A stretch of DNA of 63,858 bases, the filler included, from Lama guanicoe (lineage: Eukaryota), in NCBI GenBank assembly GCA_013239625.1. It is 205 parts of 205 records of this genome, joined end to end, with 100 filler letters (N's around TTAATTAATTAA, not from the genome) between each part and the next. Parts side by side here need not be neighbours in the genome. Positions count along the whole stretch, not along the records: positions 25,585 to 25,796 come from PNXV01036725.1; positions 25,897 to 26,108 come from PNXV01036726.1; positions 26,209 to 26,420 come from PNXV01036727.1; positions 26,521 to 26,732 come from PNXV01036728.1; positions 26,833 to 27,044 come from PNXV01036729.1; positions 27,145 to 27,356 come from PNXV01036730.1; positions 27,457 to 27,668 come from PNXV01036731.1; positions 27,769 to 27,980 come from PNXV01036732.1; 197 more parts are not named here. One strand, given 5' to 3'. Of this stretch, positions 25,731 through 38,688 are shown piece after piece (the first letter of the stretch is position 1; every line of letters starts with the position of its first letter). Below the pieces are notes generated by a model, which ran no database searches, was not told the origin of the DNA, and saw nothing but the letters and a program-made list of their open reading frames with translations. The position numbers and the translations under genes are program-made.

Positions 25731-26005
25731 CATTTATGCAATACACGAGACACCCCTATTACCCAGCAATTACTTTCTTCTGTATGTATCCCTACTNNNN
25801 NNNNNNNNNNNNNNNNNNNNNNNNNNNNNNNNNNNNNNNNTTAATTAATTAANNNNNNNNNNNNNNNNNNNNNNNNNNNNNNNNNNNNNNNNNNNNGGAA
25901 ATCTGCAGCAAATTATTTGAATGAGAAGCACATTACATTGAAAAAATCATTTTTAACTTTAAATGATCATGTCTGAGTGTATATTATCTATACAAGTCTT
26001 GCAAT

Positions 26006-26063
26006 TGTGTGTGCACGTGTGTGTGTGTATGTGTGTGTGTGTGTGTGTGTATGTGTGTATGTA
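26006..26063 (+). repeat. (TG)n microsatellite, interrupted
   Basis: Seen directly. Confidence 0.95.
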
Positions 26064-27155
26064 TAGATAATGTTCAAAACAACCAGGAGGAGAGATGTTA
26101 CTATTTAANNNNNNNNNNNNNNNNNNNNNNNNNNNNNNNNNNNNNNNNNNNNTTAATTAATTAANNNNNNNNNNNNNNNNNNNNNNNNNNNNNNNNNNNN
26201 NNNNNNNNGCATTATGCTGCTAGTTTGTGACCTCCTTGAAGAGGCCCTGTTTTGTTTACGTTGTGCGTCCTGAGTGCATGGAGTTGAATATGAAGCCGCT
26301 GACTGTTAACTGAATTGTGCATGAATATCCCATTTGGCACTATTGTGATGCAATGGGGCATTGCACAGCGTTGAATTTTTTAAGTTAACTGGAGGACATC
26401 CTTTGAAGCACAAATTCTACNNNNNNNNNNNNNNNNNNNNNNNNNNNNNNNNNNNNNNNNNNNNTTAATTAATTAANNNNNNNNNNNNNNNNNNNNNNNN
26501 NNNNNNNNNNNNNNNNNNNNTATTCTTGCCCAAAATGCTGTTTTGTTCCTGAGACAAAACTTGTTATTCTATCATTCAATATTTAGTATCTGTTGATAAA
26601 TAATACGTAATTTTTATTCATAAGAGATAGATATGTTGAATCCTAGGTCTCGTTGAGAACAGATTCACATGATCTCATTATTTATCCCTGACTGACCTCT
26701 CACTGTCCTCTCCAGTTCTGACTGGCAGGTGCNNNNNNNNNNNNNNNNNNNNNNNNNNNNNNNNNNNNNNNNNNNNTTAATTAATTAANNNNNNNNNNNN
26801 NNNNNNNNNNNNNNNNNNNNNNNNNNNNNNNNTGTTCTTTCCAGCTCAGAGGCATTTCAGACCAGAAACAAGACATGCCTGCCACGTGCCAAGAGGCAAC
26901 CGAGAAATGCAGCCTCCACTGAGCTCAACCAGACAAGAGGTGCTCGTAGACCATCCAGGGCTCCACATCCTACTGCAACTGGCCACCGGGGCTCCGCGTG
27001 GACACAAGCCTTCCTGAAGCTCAGAACACAAGCTGCATCTCCAGNNNNNNNNNNNNNNNNNNNNNNNNNNNNNNNNNNNNNNNNNNNNTTAATTAATTAA
27101 NNNNNNNNNNNNNNNNNNNNNNNNNNNNNNNNNNNNNNNNNNNNCTCCATGATAA

Positions 27156-27296
27156 GGTATGTAACATTGGTTGGTACCTTGAAAATGAACATGGCTGGAG
27201 TATTTACACCAGGGAAACTGGCCATGCTGCATATCAGGGCTGCTGAGTTTTTGTGTTTTTGTTTCTTTTGAGAGACAGTTGTTTAACACTTACCAG
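27156..27296. mobile_element. MER63-like hAT-Blackjack DNA transposon remnant
   Basis: gttggtaccttgaaa..catggctggagtatttacaccagggaaactggc..tgctgca..gtttaacacttaccag; family recalled from memory. Confidence 0.6.
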
Positions 27297-28841
27297 GATC
27301 CTGTTATTGATAGTATGTTCGTGAAATGGAATATTAAGTTGTTATCAACATTAACANNNNNNNNNNNNNNNNNNNNNNNNNNNNNNNNNNNNNNNNNNNN
27401 TTAATTAATTAANNNNNNNNNNNNNNNNNNNNNNNNNNNNNNNNNNNNNNNNNNNNAGGAGCTTGCTGCTGCGGGCATACATGGATATACAATGGCTTTA
27501 AAGAGGTAATTAACAGATAATGAAATATTTATACTATGTATAAACAAGGGCCTAAGTGCTTTGGTGGGAGGGTAGAGTCAGGACTTACTGACTCACTTTG
27601 CATAGAGATGCAATTGACCTGGTGAAAGAGTAGAGAGTAAGTAACAGGATCGACAGGATCCTGTCTCCNNNNNNNNNNNNNNNNNNNNNNNNNNNNNNNN
27701 NNNNNNNNNNNNTTAATTAATTAANNNNNNNNNNNNNNNNNNNNNNNNNNNNNNNNNNNNNNNNNNNNTTAAAGTGCAAGACAATGGAAAAAGACTAAAT
27801 TTAATTAATTAACAAATACATTAATTTCATCTTGTCCATCTCGATATCATCAGCGACTGGCACAGTGGAGGGTATACAGTTAGTGCCATATAGGTGTTGG
27901 TTGAATGCTGCTTGAAAACCCTCCTTTTACAGATGGAGAAAAGGGAAGACCAGAGACATCAATTTCCTGTCGGAGCTGTGNNNNNNNNNNNNNNNNNNNN
28001 NNNNNNNNNNNNNNNNNNNNNNNNTTAATTAATTAANNNNNNNNNNNNNNNNNNNNNNNNNNNNNNNNNNNNNNNNNNNNTCCTAGAGAGAGAAGATAAC
28101 TGTTTATCTTTACTAATAAAATCATGCAAATATTCCAGCCTGGCTTGTAGCTTCTTTTTTATTGTTATAGAAGCAGTATTTAGTTTTGTAAATATAGAGG
28201 TACACAGTGACTAGACTAAAAACTAAATTATTCCAAGTTATCATAAGTAATTCTAAGAAACACCCCTTGTGTCCCTGAGTCCTCGGTCACACNNNNNNNN
28301 NNNNNNNNNNNNNNNNNNNNNNNNNNNNNNNNNNNNTTAATTAATTAANNNNNNNNNNNNNNNNNNNNNNNNNNNNNNNNNNNNNNNNNNNNTTTTTTTT
28401 TTTATCGACTATCTTGAAGTTGCACAATCTCAATCTGAAGATGAGTACCCAGATTCTTAAATGAGGAAGATGGTTCTGTCTTTTCTTTGGAGAGCATCTG
28501 ACAGAGATGTTTTCCTCATACAGGCGGGGCTTCAGGAATGATCTGAGGGTTTCAAGAACCTCTTAAGGCCTTTCCAATTCTGGTAGCTTGAAAAATGGGG
28601 GGGGNNNNNNNNNNNNNNNNNNNNNNNNNNNNNNNNNNNNNNNNNNNNTTAATTAATTAANNNNNNNNNNNNNNNNNNNNNNNNNNNNNNNNNNNNNNNN
28701 NNNNTCATAAGTATTATATATTAACTCACACAAATTCAAACCTTGACAACTGTCTGTATGTCAAATATTTAATTTTGGATTTTTCTTTCTAAGAGAAGAC
28801 TGAGAAAATTAGAGTAAATTGGAGAAGTGAAACAACCATAC

Positions 28842-28916
28842 TGCTTTAGACTGAATTGTTTGTGTCCCTACAAAATTCTTATGTTGGAATCCTAACCATC
28901 AGGGCATTAGAAAGTG
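28842..28916 (+). mobile_element. MaLR MLT1 LTR 5' end
   Basis: tgctttagactgaattgtttgtgtccctacaaaattcttatgttggaatcctaacc. Confidence 0.7.
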
Positions 28917-29328
28917 NNNNNNNNNNNNNNNNNNNNNNNNNNNNNNNNNNNNNNNNNNNNTTAATTAATTAANNNNNNNNNNNNNNNNNNNNNNNNNNNN
29001 NNNNNNNNNNNNNNNNACTATTTTCCAAGGACTGTGTGCTGTCCTGAAAAATACATACATACATATATACATACAAATAAAGTGCTGATATTCTCCTCAG
29101 GATTCTACTTCCAGGGAGAAGACGGCCATATGCAAGTGTCTGAGAGATGAAAAGGAGTTGCACTAACTTACTCATGAAGAGGAAACATCTTGGCTTGTAA
29201 AACTGAGAACTCCAAAGCCATTCTTTAGNNNNNNNNNNNNNNNNNNNNNNNNNNNNNNNNNNNNNNNNNNNNTTAATTAATTAANNNNNNNNNNNNNNNN
29301 NNNNNNNNNNNNNNNNNNNNNNNNNNNN

Positions 29329-29540
29329 AAGGAAGGAGACTTTCCTGAAATAGAGTGAGCAGAGGGGGCTGGAGGGGATGCGGGGAGGAGCGGGGGCCAG
29401 ACCACCTGCTGAGAATTTTGCATTTTGTTTGAAGTTCAGCGGGGAATCCACGGAAAGATTTTAAATAGGGAGGTAGCATGATCAGCTGTATGTTTTCAAA
29501 AGACATTTTGGCATTTCTGTGAATGATGCATTGAAGGAGG
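29329..29540 (-). mobile_element. L2 LINE remnant
   Basis: ggccagacca..gaattttgcatttt..gggaatccacggaaagattttaaataggg..catgatcagctgtatgttttcaaaagac. Confidence 0.75.
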
Positions 29541-29670
29541 NNNNNNNNNNNNNNNNNNNNNNNNNNNNNNNNNNNNNNNNNNNNTTAATTAATTAANNNN
29601 NNNNNNNNNNNNNNNNNNNNNNNNNNNNNNNNNNNNNNNNAAAGTCCGACCCTCTTTTTCCGCCTGACAG

Positions 29671-29852
29671 TGGAGGAGAGACAGCCGACGTCCCCAGCCC
29701 ACACGGGGATGAAATCCTCCCTCCCAGGCATCGTAAACCTCAGGTCTGGGGTGGATCTGGCGACTGGGGGCGACGCTGCAGCTCAGGCTCGAGTCACTCC
29801 GACCCCCGACGAGCTGACCCCGAGGCCTGCCCATCGCCAGCCTCTTCCCCAG
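29671..29852 (+). CDS. Candidate exon 5' part (CpG-rich, open to the contig edge), unidentified
   Basis: Acceptor cctctttttccgcctgacag| ends at 29670. Two frames stay open to the edge, so the frame is ambiguous. Confidence 0.25.
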
Positions 29853-30264
29853 NNNNNNNNNNNNNNNNNNNNNNNNNNNNNNNNNNNNNNNNNNNNTTAA
29901 TTAATTAANNNNNNNNNNNNNNNNNNNNNNNNNNNNNNNNNNNNNNNNNNNNATAGTTGAAAGAGAAATTTACATGCAAACTGCTATGTATTAATCGATT
30001 GATGAAAGTATTCTTAATAGTGAGACCAAGGGGATATACCCTATGGTACCTCTAGAAGCACTGGTGTGAGATACTTCAATTCATTGTTTGTGGCTGCTTT
30101 ATATCACTTAGATGTCATAAAAATCCAACTGAATATGAGATTAAGTAAAGGAAAATTACTTACTNNNNNNNNNNNNNNNNNNNNNNNNNNNNNNNNNNNN
30201 NNNNNNNNTTAATTAATTAANNNNNNNNNNNNNNNNNNNNNNNNNNNNNNNNNNNNNNNNNNNN

Positions 30265-30476
30265 TTTTTTGCATTTATGGATATGGTCATGTGATTTTTC
30301 TTCTTTAGGCTATTGATGATGGATAACAGAGTAATTTCTGAATGTTAGACCAATCTTGCACACCTAGAATAAATCCCACCTGCTTGTGATTTATACTGTT
30401 TATACGTCATTGGATTCTATTTGCTCTTACTTTGTTAAGGATTTTTACATCCATTTTGATGACTGATACTGGTCTG
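30265..30476 (-). mobile_element. Old LINE-1 ORF2 remnant
   Basis: ccaatcttgcacacctagaataaatcccac..ttggattctatttgct..tttgttaaggatttttacatc is the reverse of the RT region DAKILNKILANRIQ..VGFIPGMQ. Confidence 0.85.
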
Positions 30477-31512
30477 NNNNNNNNNNNNNNNNNNNNNNNN
30501 NNNNNNNNNNNNNNNNNNNNTTAATTAATTAANNNNNNNNNNNNNNNNNNNNNNNNNNNNNNNNNNNNNNNNNNNNTAGCTTCTCAGTTTCCTCCTAGAG
30601 TTTTGGAGAGGATTCAGTTAAAGAAGAATTGCAAAATCACTAAGTATGTAGTCTGGCAAGTAGGAAAACACATCATCAATGAACATTATCTAATATTATT
30701 TTAAGCTCCTCAATGACAGAATTTTGAATCATTTTTTTCACTCACTGCTCTATCCCCAGTACCTAGAGTTGCATTTGACACATATTTANNNNNNNNNNNN
30801 NNNNNNNNNNNNNNNNNNNNNNNNNNNNNNNNTTAATTAATTAANNNNNNNNNNNNNNNNNNNNNNNNNNNNNNNNNNNNNNNNNNNNTGTGGCAGAGCC
30901 GGGGACCTGGACGGAGGGGGTCAGGCTTAGGATTCTGGGCTCCTGGCCCGTTCGTTCTGGAAAGATGACACCTGGTTAATTAATATGGGGGGCAAGGATT
31001 CGATTTATAGGCCATCCCAGCGGTTTCACCCTAGAGGTGGATGGAAGTGGTCTCCTCCGGCCCGTGATGTGGATGCGCTGTTGGACTTGGACGTGGGAGG
31101 NNNNNNNNNNNNNNNNNNNNNNNNNNNNNNNNNNNNNNNNNNNNTTAATTAATTAANNNNNNNNNNNNNNNNNNNNNNNNNNNNNNNNNNNNNNNNNNNN
31201 CCCAAGGAAAGATATTATTCTTTTAAAGTTGATCTTGTTCTTACCAGAGTTGATCTTGTTCTTTTATATGGTAGAATAGTATACTAAGTCACATAATCTG
31301 CTTGTTGAATGACCTAAATCAAAAGCTAAACTTAAAGACATTATGAAAGAACCTGATGACATGTTCAAGGAAGGATATGAGAATTTATCTGATAAGCTCC
31401 AAAAGCACAAAANNNNNNNNNNNNNNNNNNNNNNNNNNNNNNNNNNNNNNNNNNNNTTAATTAATTAANNNNNNNNNNNNNNNNNNNNNNNNNNNNNNNN
31501 NNNNNNNNNNNN

Positions 31513-31615
31513 ATCCTGGGATTTAAGTATTTCATTTTACAGTTAAACAAATAGATCTAACAAATCTAAATGACTTGCCCATGGTGCCATAGAGGGCTAG
31601 AGATAAGAGTTAGGG
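31513..31615 (-). mobile_element. MIR SINE remnant
   Basis: cattttacag..aaatgacttgcccatggt is the MIR core. Confidence 0.55.
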
Positions 31616-31828
31616 TTATCTTCTCTCATGTTGCTCTCCCTCTCTTTTTACTCTCATACTCTGTTTATCCTAAATATTAAAAGTAAGTAATTTAATCAAC
31701 ATACAAAGTTTTCACAACACAGTCNNNNNNNNNNNNNNNNNNNNNNNNNNNNNNNNNNNNNNNNNNNNTTAATTAATTAANNNNNNNNNNNNNNNNNNNN
31801 NNNNNNNNNNNNNNNNNNNNNNNNCCAT

Positions 31829-31957
31829 CTAGATGTCGGAGGCAGCCATCTCTGCAACGGGCTCACTGTTCACCGTGGTCCTCACTGCTCCATAGTCGCC
31901 CTCGTGCTGCCTCTGCTTGTCATCTGTCATGTATGAAGACACCTGTGTTCTTGTTTT
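31829..31957 (-). CDS. Candidate terminal coding exon, unidentified (KTRTQVSSYMTDDKQRQHEGDYGAVRTTVNSEPVAEMAASDI*)
   Basis: Pyrimidine tract tttgctttcctcttcattataag| is followed by 42 GC3-rich codons and TAG. Composition switches sharply at the acceptor. Confidence 0.4.
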   Translation of the reverse strand, partial: KTRTQVSSYMTDDKQRQHEGDYGAVRTTVNSEPVAEMAASDI

Positions 31958-34900
31958 CTTATAATGAAGAGGAAAGCAAAATTATTCCTTGTATCTGTCT
32001 CCCTGTCAAAATAGGATAGTGAAAGCTAGATCCAGANNNNNNNNNNNNNNNNNNNNNNNNNNNNNNNNNNNNNNNNNNNNTTAATTAATTAANNNNNNNN
32101 NNNNNNNNNNNNNNNNNNNNNNNNNNNNNNNNNNNNCTAACAAAGGATGAGCAGAAAATCTATAAAGACTCCCTGTGCCTTCCTCAGGGACAGGGGAGAA
32201 GTGCCACCGTGAGAGACCTGGAGCTGGGGGTGTCCCAGGGACAGCGAAGGGGAAGGCTGGTGGCACCGCTTACCAGGGAGTCACTGACTTGGCCCTGACC
32301 CCTAGGGGGCCACGATGCTGACCTCAACTGCTGGGAGGACAAGCGGATNNNNNNNNNNNNNNNNNNNNNNNNNNNNNNNNNNNNNNNNNNNNTTAATTAA
32401 TTAANNNNNNNNNNNNNNNNNNNNNNNNNNNNNNNNNNNNNNNNNNNNTCCAATTTGCAACTCAAGTTCATGAATATTCACTTTTTAATCTTCCAGATTT
32501 TATTTATGCACCCTAAAATTTGAGACATACTCTATTACGAACATCTGTCACTGGACTTGTGTTGGCAAAAGTCTACTTGATTAAATGAACCGTGTGTCTG
32601 AGCCATCTTACTATCTTATAAGAAGGTATCAAATGTAAATTGAGGAATAATGGTGTTATTNNNNNNNNNNNNNNNNNNNNNNNNNNNNNNNNNNNNNNNN
32701 NNNNTTAATTAATTAANNNNNNNNNNNNNNNNNNNNNNNNNNNNNNNNNNNNNNNNNNNNCCGCAGGAGGACGAGGTCACAGCCCGGCAGTGATCGGAAG
32801 AGTCTTCCCTGAGCAGGTGGTTTGCTGTGACCTCCCCTGCATCCCCGGGTCTGCTCTGTCCCTTCTCCCGCAGCGGCCTGACGGCTTACTCTCCCCATGA
32901 ACGAGGGCCTGCGAATGAAGCTAGATGGAGTTATGTGTCAGACTGCAGCGTGCACGCTCTAAATATCCCGCTNNNNNNNNNNNNNNNNNNNNNNNNNNNN
33001 NNNNNNNNNNNNNNNNTTAATTAATTAANNNNNNNNNNNNNNNNNNNNNNNNNNNNNNNNNNNNNNNNNNNNTATCAGACGTGTATTTATACATTAGTCT
33101 GCCTTTTCTAGCCTGCGTCTCGTGGTTTCCCAATAACTTGGAGGAGACCTAGAAAACACGTTTATCAATTCTGACTATCAGACAGTGTCAGAAGAATGGA
33201 TTCCTCCATGAATGATACAGTGAGACTCAGACTTGTTAAAGTAAGCCACGATACAACTGAGAAGTGACAAGTTTTAAATAAACANNNNNNNNNNNNNNNN
33301 NNNNNNNNNNNNNNNNNNNNNNNNNNNNTTAATTAATTAANNNNNNNNNNNNNNNNNNNNNNNNNNNNNNNNNNNNNNNNNNNNTCTGCACTTAGCTGTT
33401 AAAGTTATGATGGTTTCTCTTTCCTCTCAAAGAATCCATCTAATTTGGCAAGGTATTTTCTTTTTATACCCAAATATGGCACCTTCAGTTCCCCCCAGGG
33501 GAGGAAGGACAGGGGCAGGGAGAACTGACCAATTGGCCGCAAAATATGTATTCCATTTTAAGCTACTATAGCATTCTTTTTATTGGAGAGTCTACANNNN
33601 NNNNNNNNNNNNNNNNNNNNNNNNNNNNNNNNNNNNNNNNTTAATTAATTAANNNNNNNNNNNNNNNNNNNNNNNNNNNNNNNNNNNNNNNNNNNNAATA
33701 TGTGTGTAAATTTTAATAATTTCTTGAAAGGAAGAAGAGAAATGTGAGAATTTGGGAAAAGACTAAAACATGGAGAGAGGGAAAAATACTAAGTGATTTC
33801 TGGTTCATCCTGGAAAGCATTAAAAGATAAATTCAGGAACCAGCCCAGGGTTCATGCTTTCTATTATGTCATCCCTGGAATAATAAAGGTCACATGATGT
33901 AGTCTCAGNNNNNNNNNNNNNNNNNNNNNNNNNNNNNNNNNNNNNNNNNNNNTTAATTAATTAANNNNNNNNNNNNNNNNNNNNNNNNNNNNNNNNNNNN
34001 NNNNNNNNATGTACCTTCCCAGGAATTTTCCTAGGACTTACCATTTATATGAGAAAATATGTTCTGAGTTCCAAACGACCACTTACAAAGGGATTGCTGG
34101 AACGTTCGGAATCTAATGAACACGTCACCAGGACAATATACAATGCTGCTGAATATTTGAGTTTTATTTATCTTCAGTGACAAGATACCTTGCATAGCCA
34201 CAGGGTGTTAAGTGTTGGAGNNNNNNNNNNNNNNNNNNNNNNNNNNNNNNNNNNNNNNNNNNNNTTAATTAATTAANNNNNNNNNNNNNNNNNNNNNNNN
34301 NNNNNNNNNNNNNNNNNNNNATATTTTCCCTATTATCTATTGGTCACTTATAGATATGAAAAAAAAGTACTTTGCCCAATTTCAAATTAGAGGCTTTTTT
34401 TGCTTGCTTCTTTCAAAGACTTGTCAGTAAAAATGAAGATTTTGTCTGACACAAATACACTGTACATCTTCTAAAACCACATTGTTTTTTACTCTTGTTA
34501 ATCTTATTTTCTGACCTACAGGATTTTTTTTTNNNNNNNNNNNNNNNNNNNNNNNNNNNNNNNNNNNNNNNNNNNNTTAATTAATTAANNNNNNNNNNNN
34601 NNNNNNNNNNNNNNNNNNNNNNNNNNNNNNNNTAAGTATCAGCTACATTATTGCAAAGTAACCCCAGGTTACTTTAAAGACGCACATTCTCATTAAATAA
34701 AAATAACAGGGTCCAGACTGACATTCACGTGACTTTTTCTTCTTCCCCTCAATTGATCATTGTTCTCCTCTCCCACCTCCTTACACTTCCATATCGCTTC
34801 TTCCCACTTTCCATGCCTCCCTCCCCTTCCTTTACATTTCTTTCNNNNNNNNNNNNNNNNNNNNNNNNNNNNNNNNNNNNNNNNNNNNTTAATTAATTAA

Positions 34901-36192
34901 NNNNNNNNNNNNNNNNNNNNNNNNNNNNNNNNNNNNNNNNNNNNCGGGAAGTAAATACAATGTTAGGCAAACAGCCCAGCAGGTAAATGTTTACTATTTA
35001 TCTTGCAGATCATACACTTATTCTTCCAAATCTCCACATATTCTTCACGTGCTTTTGAATCCAGATCTGGACTTGGACTTGACTCATCCATCAAGGCTAC
35101 GAGAGACTCTGTAGGACTTAAGATTCAAGTTCAGTAGTAGCTGGAAAGAAAATGAANNNNNNNNNNNNNNNNNNNNNNNNNNNNNNNNNNNNNNNNNNNN
35201 TTAATTAATTAANNNNNNNNNNNNNNNNNNNNNNNNNNNNNNNNNNNNNNNNNNNNTCCAGGGCTATGTCTTCCCTGGAGGCACCTTCAATATGAATGAC
35301 CTTCTCAGGGAGGTTTGGAAGGTAGATTCTGCCTCAGGAAATATTTTCTGTGGTGTCCTTCTGTGTATGAATCATTTCATTAAAAAATACTTCAAAATTT
35401 ATAGACTCGTGTGAGGCATAGTGAGATACGAATGAAGACTTAGGAAAGTATGTAGGAAAGGGGTAATTNNNNNNNNNNNNNNNNNNNNNNNNNNNNNNNN
35501 NNNNNNNNNNNNTTAATTAATTAANNNNNNNNNNNNNNNNNNNNNNNNNNNNNNNNNNNNNNNNNNNNACAAGTCACCCCATATACTGTACCCCCTGCTG
35601 AGCCTGCCTCACTATTCGGGGTGGCCCAGTGGGCAGGCAGCATTTTTCGGGCGAGAACCCCAGTGCAGTGTCCTAACCCCCCTGCCCCCGTCCCCTCGGG
35701 GACAGCGCTGCACTGTGACTTCGCCCGAGCGGGGAGGACACCCCTCCACGCTTGCTTTCCAAGGGAGTGCCTCTGTCTGTNNNNNNNNNNNNNNNNNNNN
35801 NNNNNNNNNNNNNNNNNNNNNNNNTTAATTAATTAANNNNNNNNNNNNNNNNNNNNNNNNNNNNNNNNNNNNNNNNNNNNCCGCTGGGACCCTTTGATGA
35901 CCTTACCCAGGGCAAAAATTACGAGCCAAAGGGGACAGTAATCGCAATCTTCCTTTGTTTCGGCCGCTAATGACCGAGCCTAGTCACATATACCCTAAAA
36001 AGGCCCAAAAAGCATCATTTTTAAACAAAAAGGTATTTGGGGCCCTCCCTCTCTGCAGATGTGCAGCCTCCATTTCTGGCAGGAAACCCGGGNNNNNNNN
36101 NNNNNNNNNNNNNNNNNNNNNNNNNNNNNNNNNNNNTTAATTAATTAANNNNNNNNNNNNNNNNNNNNNNNNNNNNNNNNNNNNNNNNNNNN

Positions 36193-36404
36193 TCAACATG
36201 ACTTACAATTGTTCCCATTGGCCTTCATCACCTGGCTGAGGTAGTGTTGATCAGATTTTTCAGCTATAAAGTTAGTCCCCCTGCCCTTTCCATGCTTTAC
36301 TCTTGGGATCGAAGTCGCTATGAGCAGCCCACACTTAAGGAGGGGCACAATGTTATGCTCCACCTCCTTGAGGTTGGAGGGTACTACATAAATTACATGG
36401 AATT
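36193..36404 (-). mobile_element. L1MC/L1MD-type 3' UTR remnant
   Basis: catcacctggctgaggtagtgtt..ataaagtta..gcagcccacacttaaggagggg..ttatgctccacctccttgagg..tacataaatta. Confidence 0.75.
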
Positions 36405-37752
36405 NNNNNNNNNNNNNNNNNNNNNNNNNNNNNNNNNNNNNNNNNNNNTTAATTAATTAANNNNNNNNNNNNNNNNNNNNNNNNNNNNNNNNNNNNNNNN
36501 NNNNCTCCCTGAAAGCACCAGCACCTCCGTCCGCCCTGCGGCAGCCCCGTGGACGTCAGGAGCCGTTGTGTGGTTCCGCACGGGGCCAAGCCGGCAGCTG
36601 AGGCAGGAAGAGGGAGGCTGGTGCTGCTGGCTGGGGCTCCCGGGTCTGCTCCCCTGCTCCCGGCCGTGGGCCTGGGTGCCGGAGCCAGAGAAGCCAGGTC
36701 AGGGTGGCGAGGAGCTNNNNNNNNNNNNNNNNNNNNNNNNNNNNNNNNNNNNNNNNNNNNTTAATTAATTAANNNNNNNNNNNNNNNNNNNNNNNNNNNN
36801 NNNNNNNNNNNNNNNNAACAATCATTAATATATACATACAATTGAATACTATTCAGCAATTTTTTAAAAAATTAAAATTAAAAAGAAGCTTTAAGTGTTT
36901 AAAGAACAACTTCAAAGAAATATATAATACTTAGAAGCACTAAAAAAAAACCCTGGGTATTATAGATTGAAACTTTCTGCTCCCCCCCACCAATTCATAT
37001 ATTGAAACATATTCTCCTATGATGGTGCNNNNNNNNNNNNNNNNNNNNNNNNNNNNNNNNNNNNNNNNNNNNTTAATTAATTAANNNNNNNNNNNNNNNN
37101 NNNNNNNNNNNNNNNNNNNNNNNNNNNNCACACGTGGTTCTCCTGCTGGAGCCCAGCCACGCACGGGATGGCCTTGCATGCCAGGGCTGGCAACCTCCCC
37201 ATCACTGGGGGTGTCCGATCAAGCTTGTGGGAGAAGAAGGCTGCACTTCGTACCTGCCAGGGCTCGGTGGCTTCAGGGCACATTTTGCACAGTGATGATT
37301 CCAGCTGTTCTGCTGGCACTGAAGCCGCCCCTGACCACAANNNNNNNNNNNNNNNNNNNNNNNNNNNNNNNNNNNNNNNNNNNNTTAATTAATTAANNNN
37401 NNNNNNNNNNNNNNNNNNNNNNNNNNNNNNNNNNNNNNNNCCTCAACCACCAGATGCTCTGTATGCCCAGCAGCTCGGAGCTGAAGGTGGCTCACATTCT
37501 TTGTAAGGACTATTTCTCTGCAAGGAGTATTTCGTCTCATCTTATCAGTAACATGAAGCAGTGAAGTGGTGGTATGTGTGCGTTCTAATTTATAATTTTA
37601 CAGTAATTTAAAAAGCTCAAGATACTGGTTTTCTTTCCATTACTGAGATGATNNNNNNNNNNNNNNNNNNNNNNNNNNNNNNNNNNNNNNNNNNNNTTAA
37701 TTAATTAANNNNNNNNNNNNNNNNNNNNNNNNNNNNNNNNNNNNNNNNNNNN

Positions 37753-37964
37753 GAAACCAGCTCTCCCAACAGAGCCACTGTGTATATGCAGACTGCACAG
37801 GAGGCTCCCACATAAGGCCTCAGCTTCAAAATGGGATAGATGACTGTTTCACATAATTTCATAAACACCAAGGAAGGTGAACACAATGAGAAGACAGGAC
37901 AATATGTTTGAAATGAAAGAACAAGGGGAAAAAACCCTGAAATCACCCCTAATTAAATAGGGAT
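37753..37964 (+). mobile_element. LINE-1 5' UTR / ORF1 start (ATG at 37886)
   Basis: MRRQDNMFEMKEQGEKTL is the same ORF1 start family as 21529..21700. Confidence 0.8.
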
Positions 37965-38131
37965 NNNNNNNNNNNNNNNNNNNNNNNNNNNNNNNNNNNN
38001 NNNNNNNNTTAATTAATTAANNNNNNNNNNNNNNNNNNNNNNNNNNNNNNNNNNNNNNNNNNNNATTATTTAGTTTCATGGCTGCTACTGGAGTGGGCAG
38101 CTTTATATACCTGAAAAGCTAGCCGTGTGGT

Positions 38132-38244
38132 GGGGGAACGGTACAGCTCAAGTGGTAGAGCCATGCAGCCAAGAGGTCAGTACCTCCTCCAAGGGGAAAT
38201 CAATAAAGAATCCTAATCATGTCTCCCTCATGAAACAAACAATA
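38132..38244 (+). mobile_element. tRNA-derived SINE (camelid Vic-1-like) lacking the B box
   Basis: gggggaacggtacagctcaagtggtagag (A box)..gaggtc|agtacctcc..aataaagaatcctaatcatgtctccc..A-rich tail. Confidence 0.7.
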
Positions 38245-38688
38245 CAAGCCAAACATGTGTGCTTTCGTATGGTCCANNNNNNNNNNNNNNNNNNNNNNNN
38301 NNNNNNNNNNNNNNNNNNNNTTAATTAATTAANNNNNNNNNNNNNNNNNNNNNNNNNNNNNNNNNNNNNNNNNNNNTTTTTTTTAAACCCTGGTTTTCTG
38401 ATTTTCTAGAGAAATTTTTACAGTGGCAACAGGAAGTAAGGCCCTGAACACAGCGTGTGTGTGGTGGTATAAATTAAGTTCACTCCAATCCATGTTCTTC
38501 TTCCTCTGGACTCCCTTTTCCCACATGCATTGGGACGTGTGAGAGGCTTGCCTTCATGCTAAATTTAAAATGTCTGTTATAATGTCATNNNNNNNNNNNN
38601 NNNNNNNNNNNNNNNNNNNNNNNNNNNNNNNNTTAATTAATTAANNNNNNNNNNNNNNNNNNNNNNNNNNNNNNNNNNNNNNNNNNNN

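Noticed and set aside
31312..31412. Protein-like frame PKSKAKLKDIMKEPDDMFKEGYENLSDKLQKHK
   Set aside because: It is preceded by an in-frame stop, has no acceptor and matches no family I can name. It could be a decayed transposase or pseudogene, but that is unsupported.
25273..38244. tRNA genes at 25273 and 38132
   Set aside because: Only partial A/B boxes with SINE bodies and A-rich tails; no cloverleaf can be formed.
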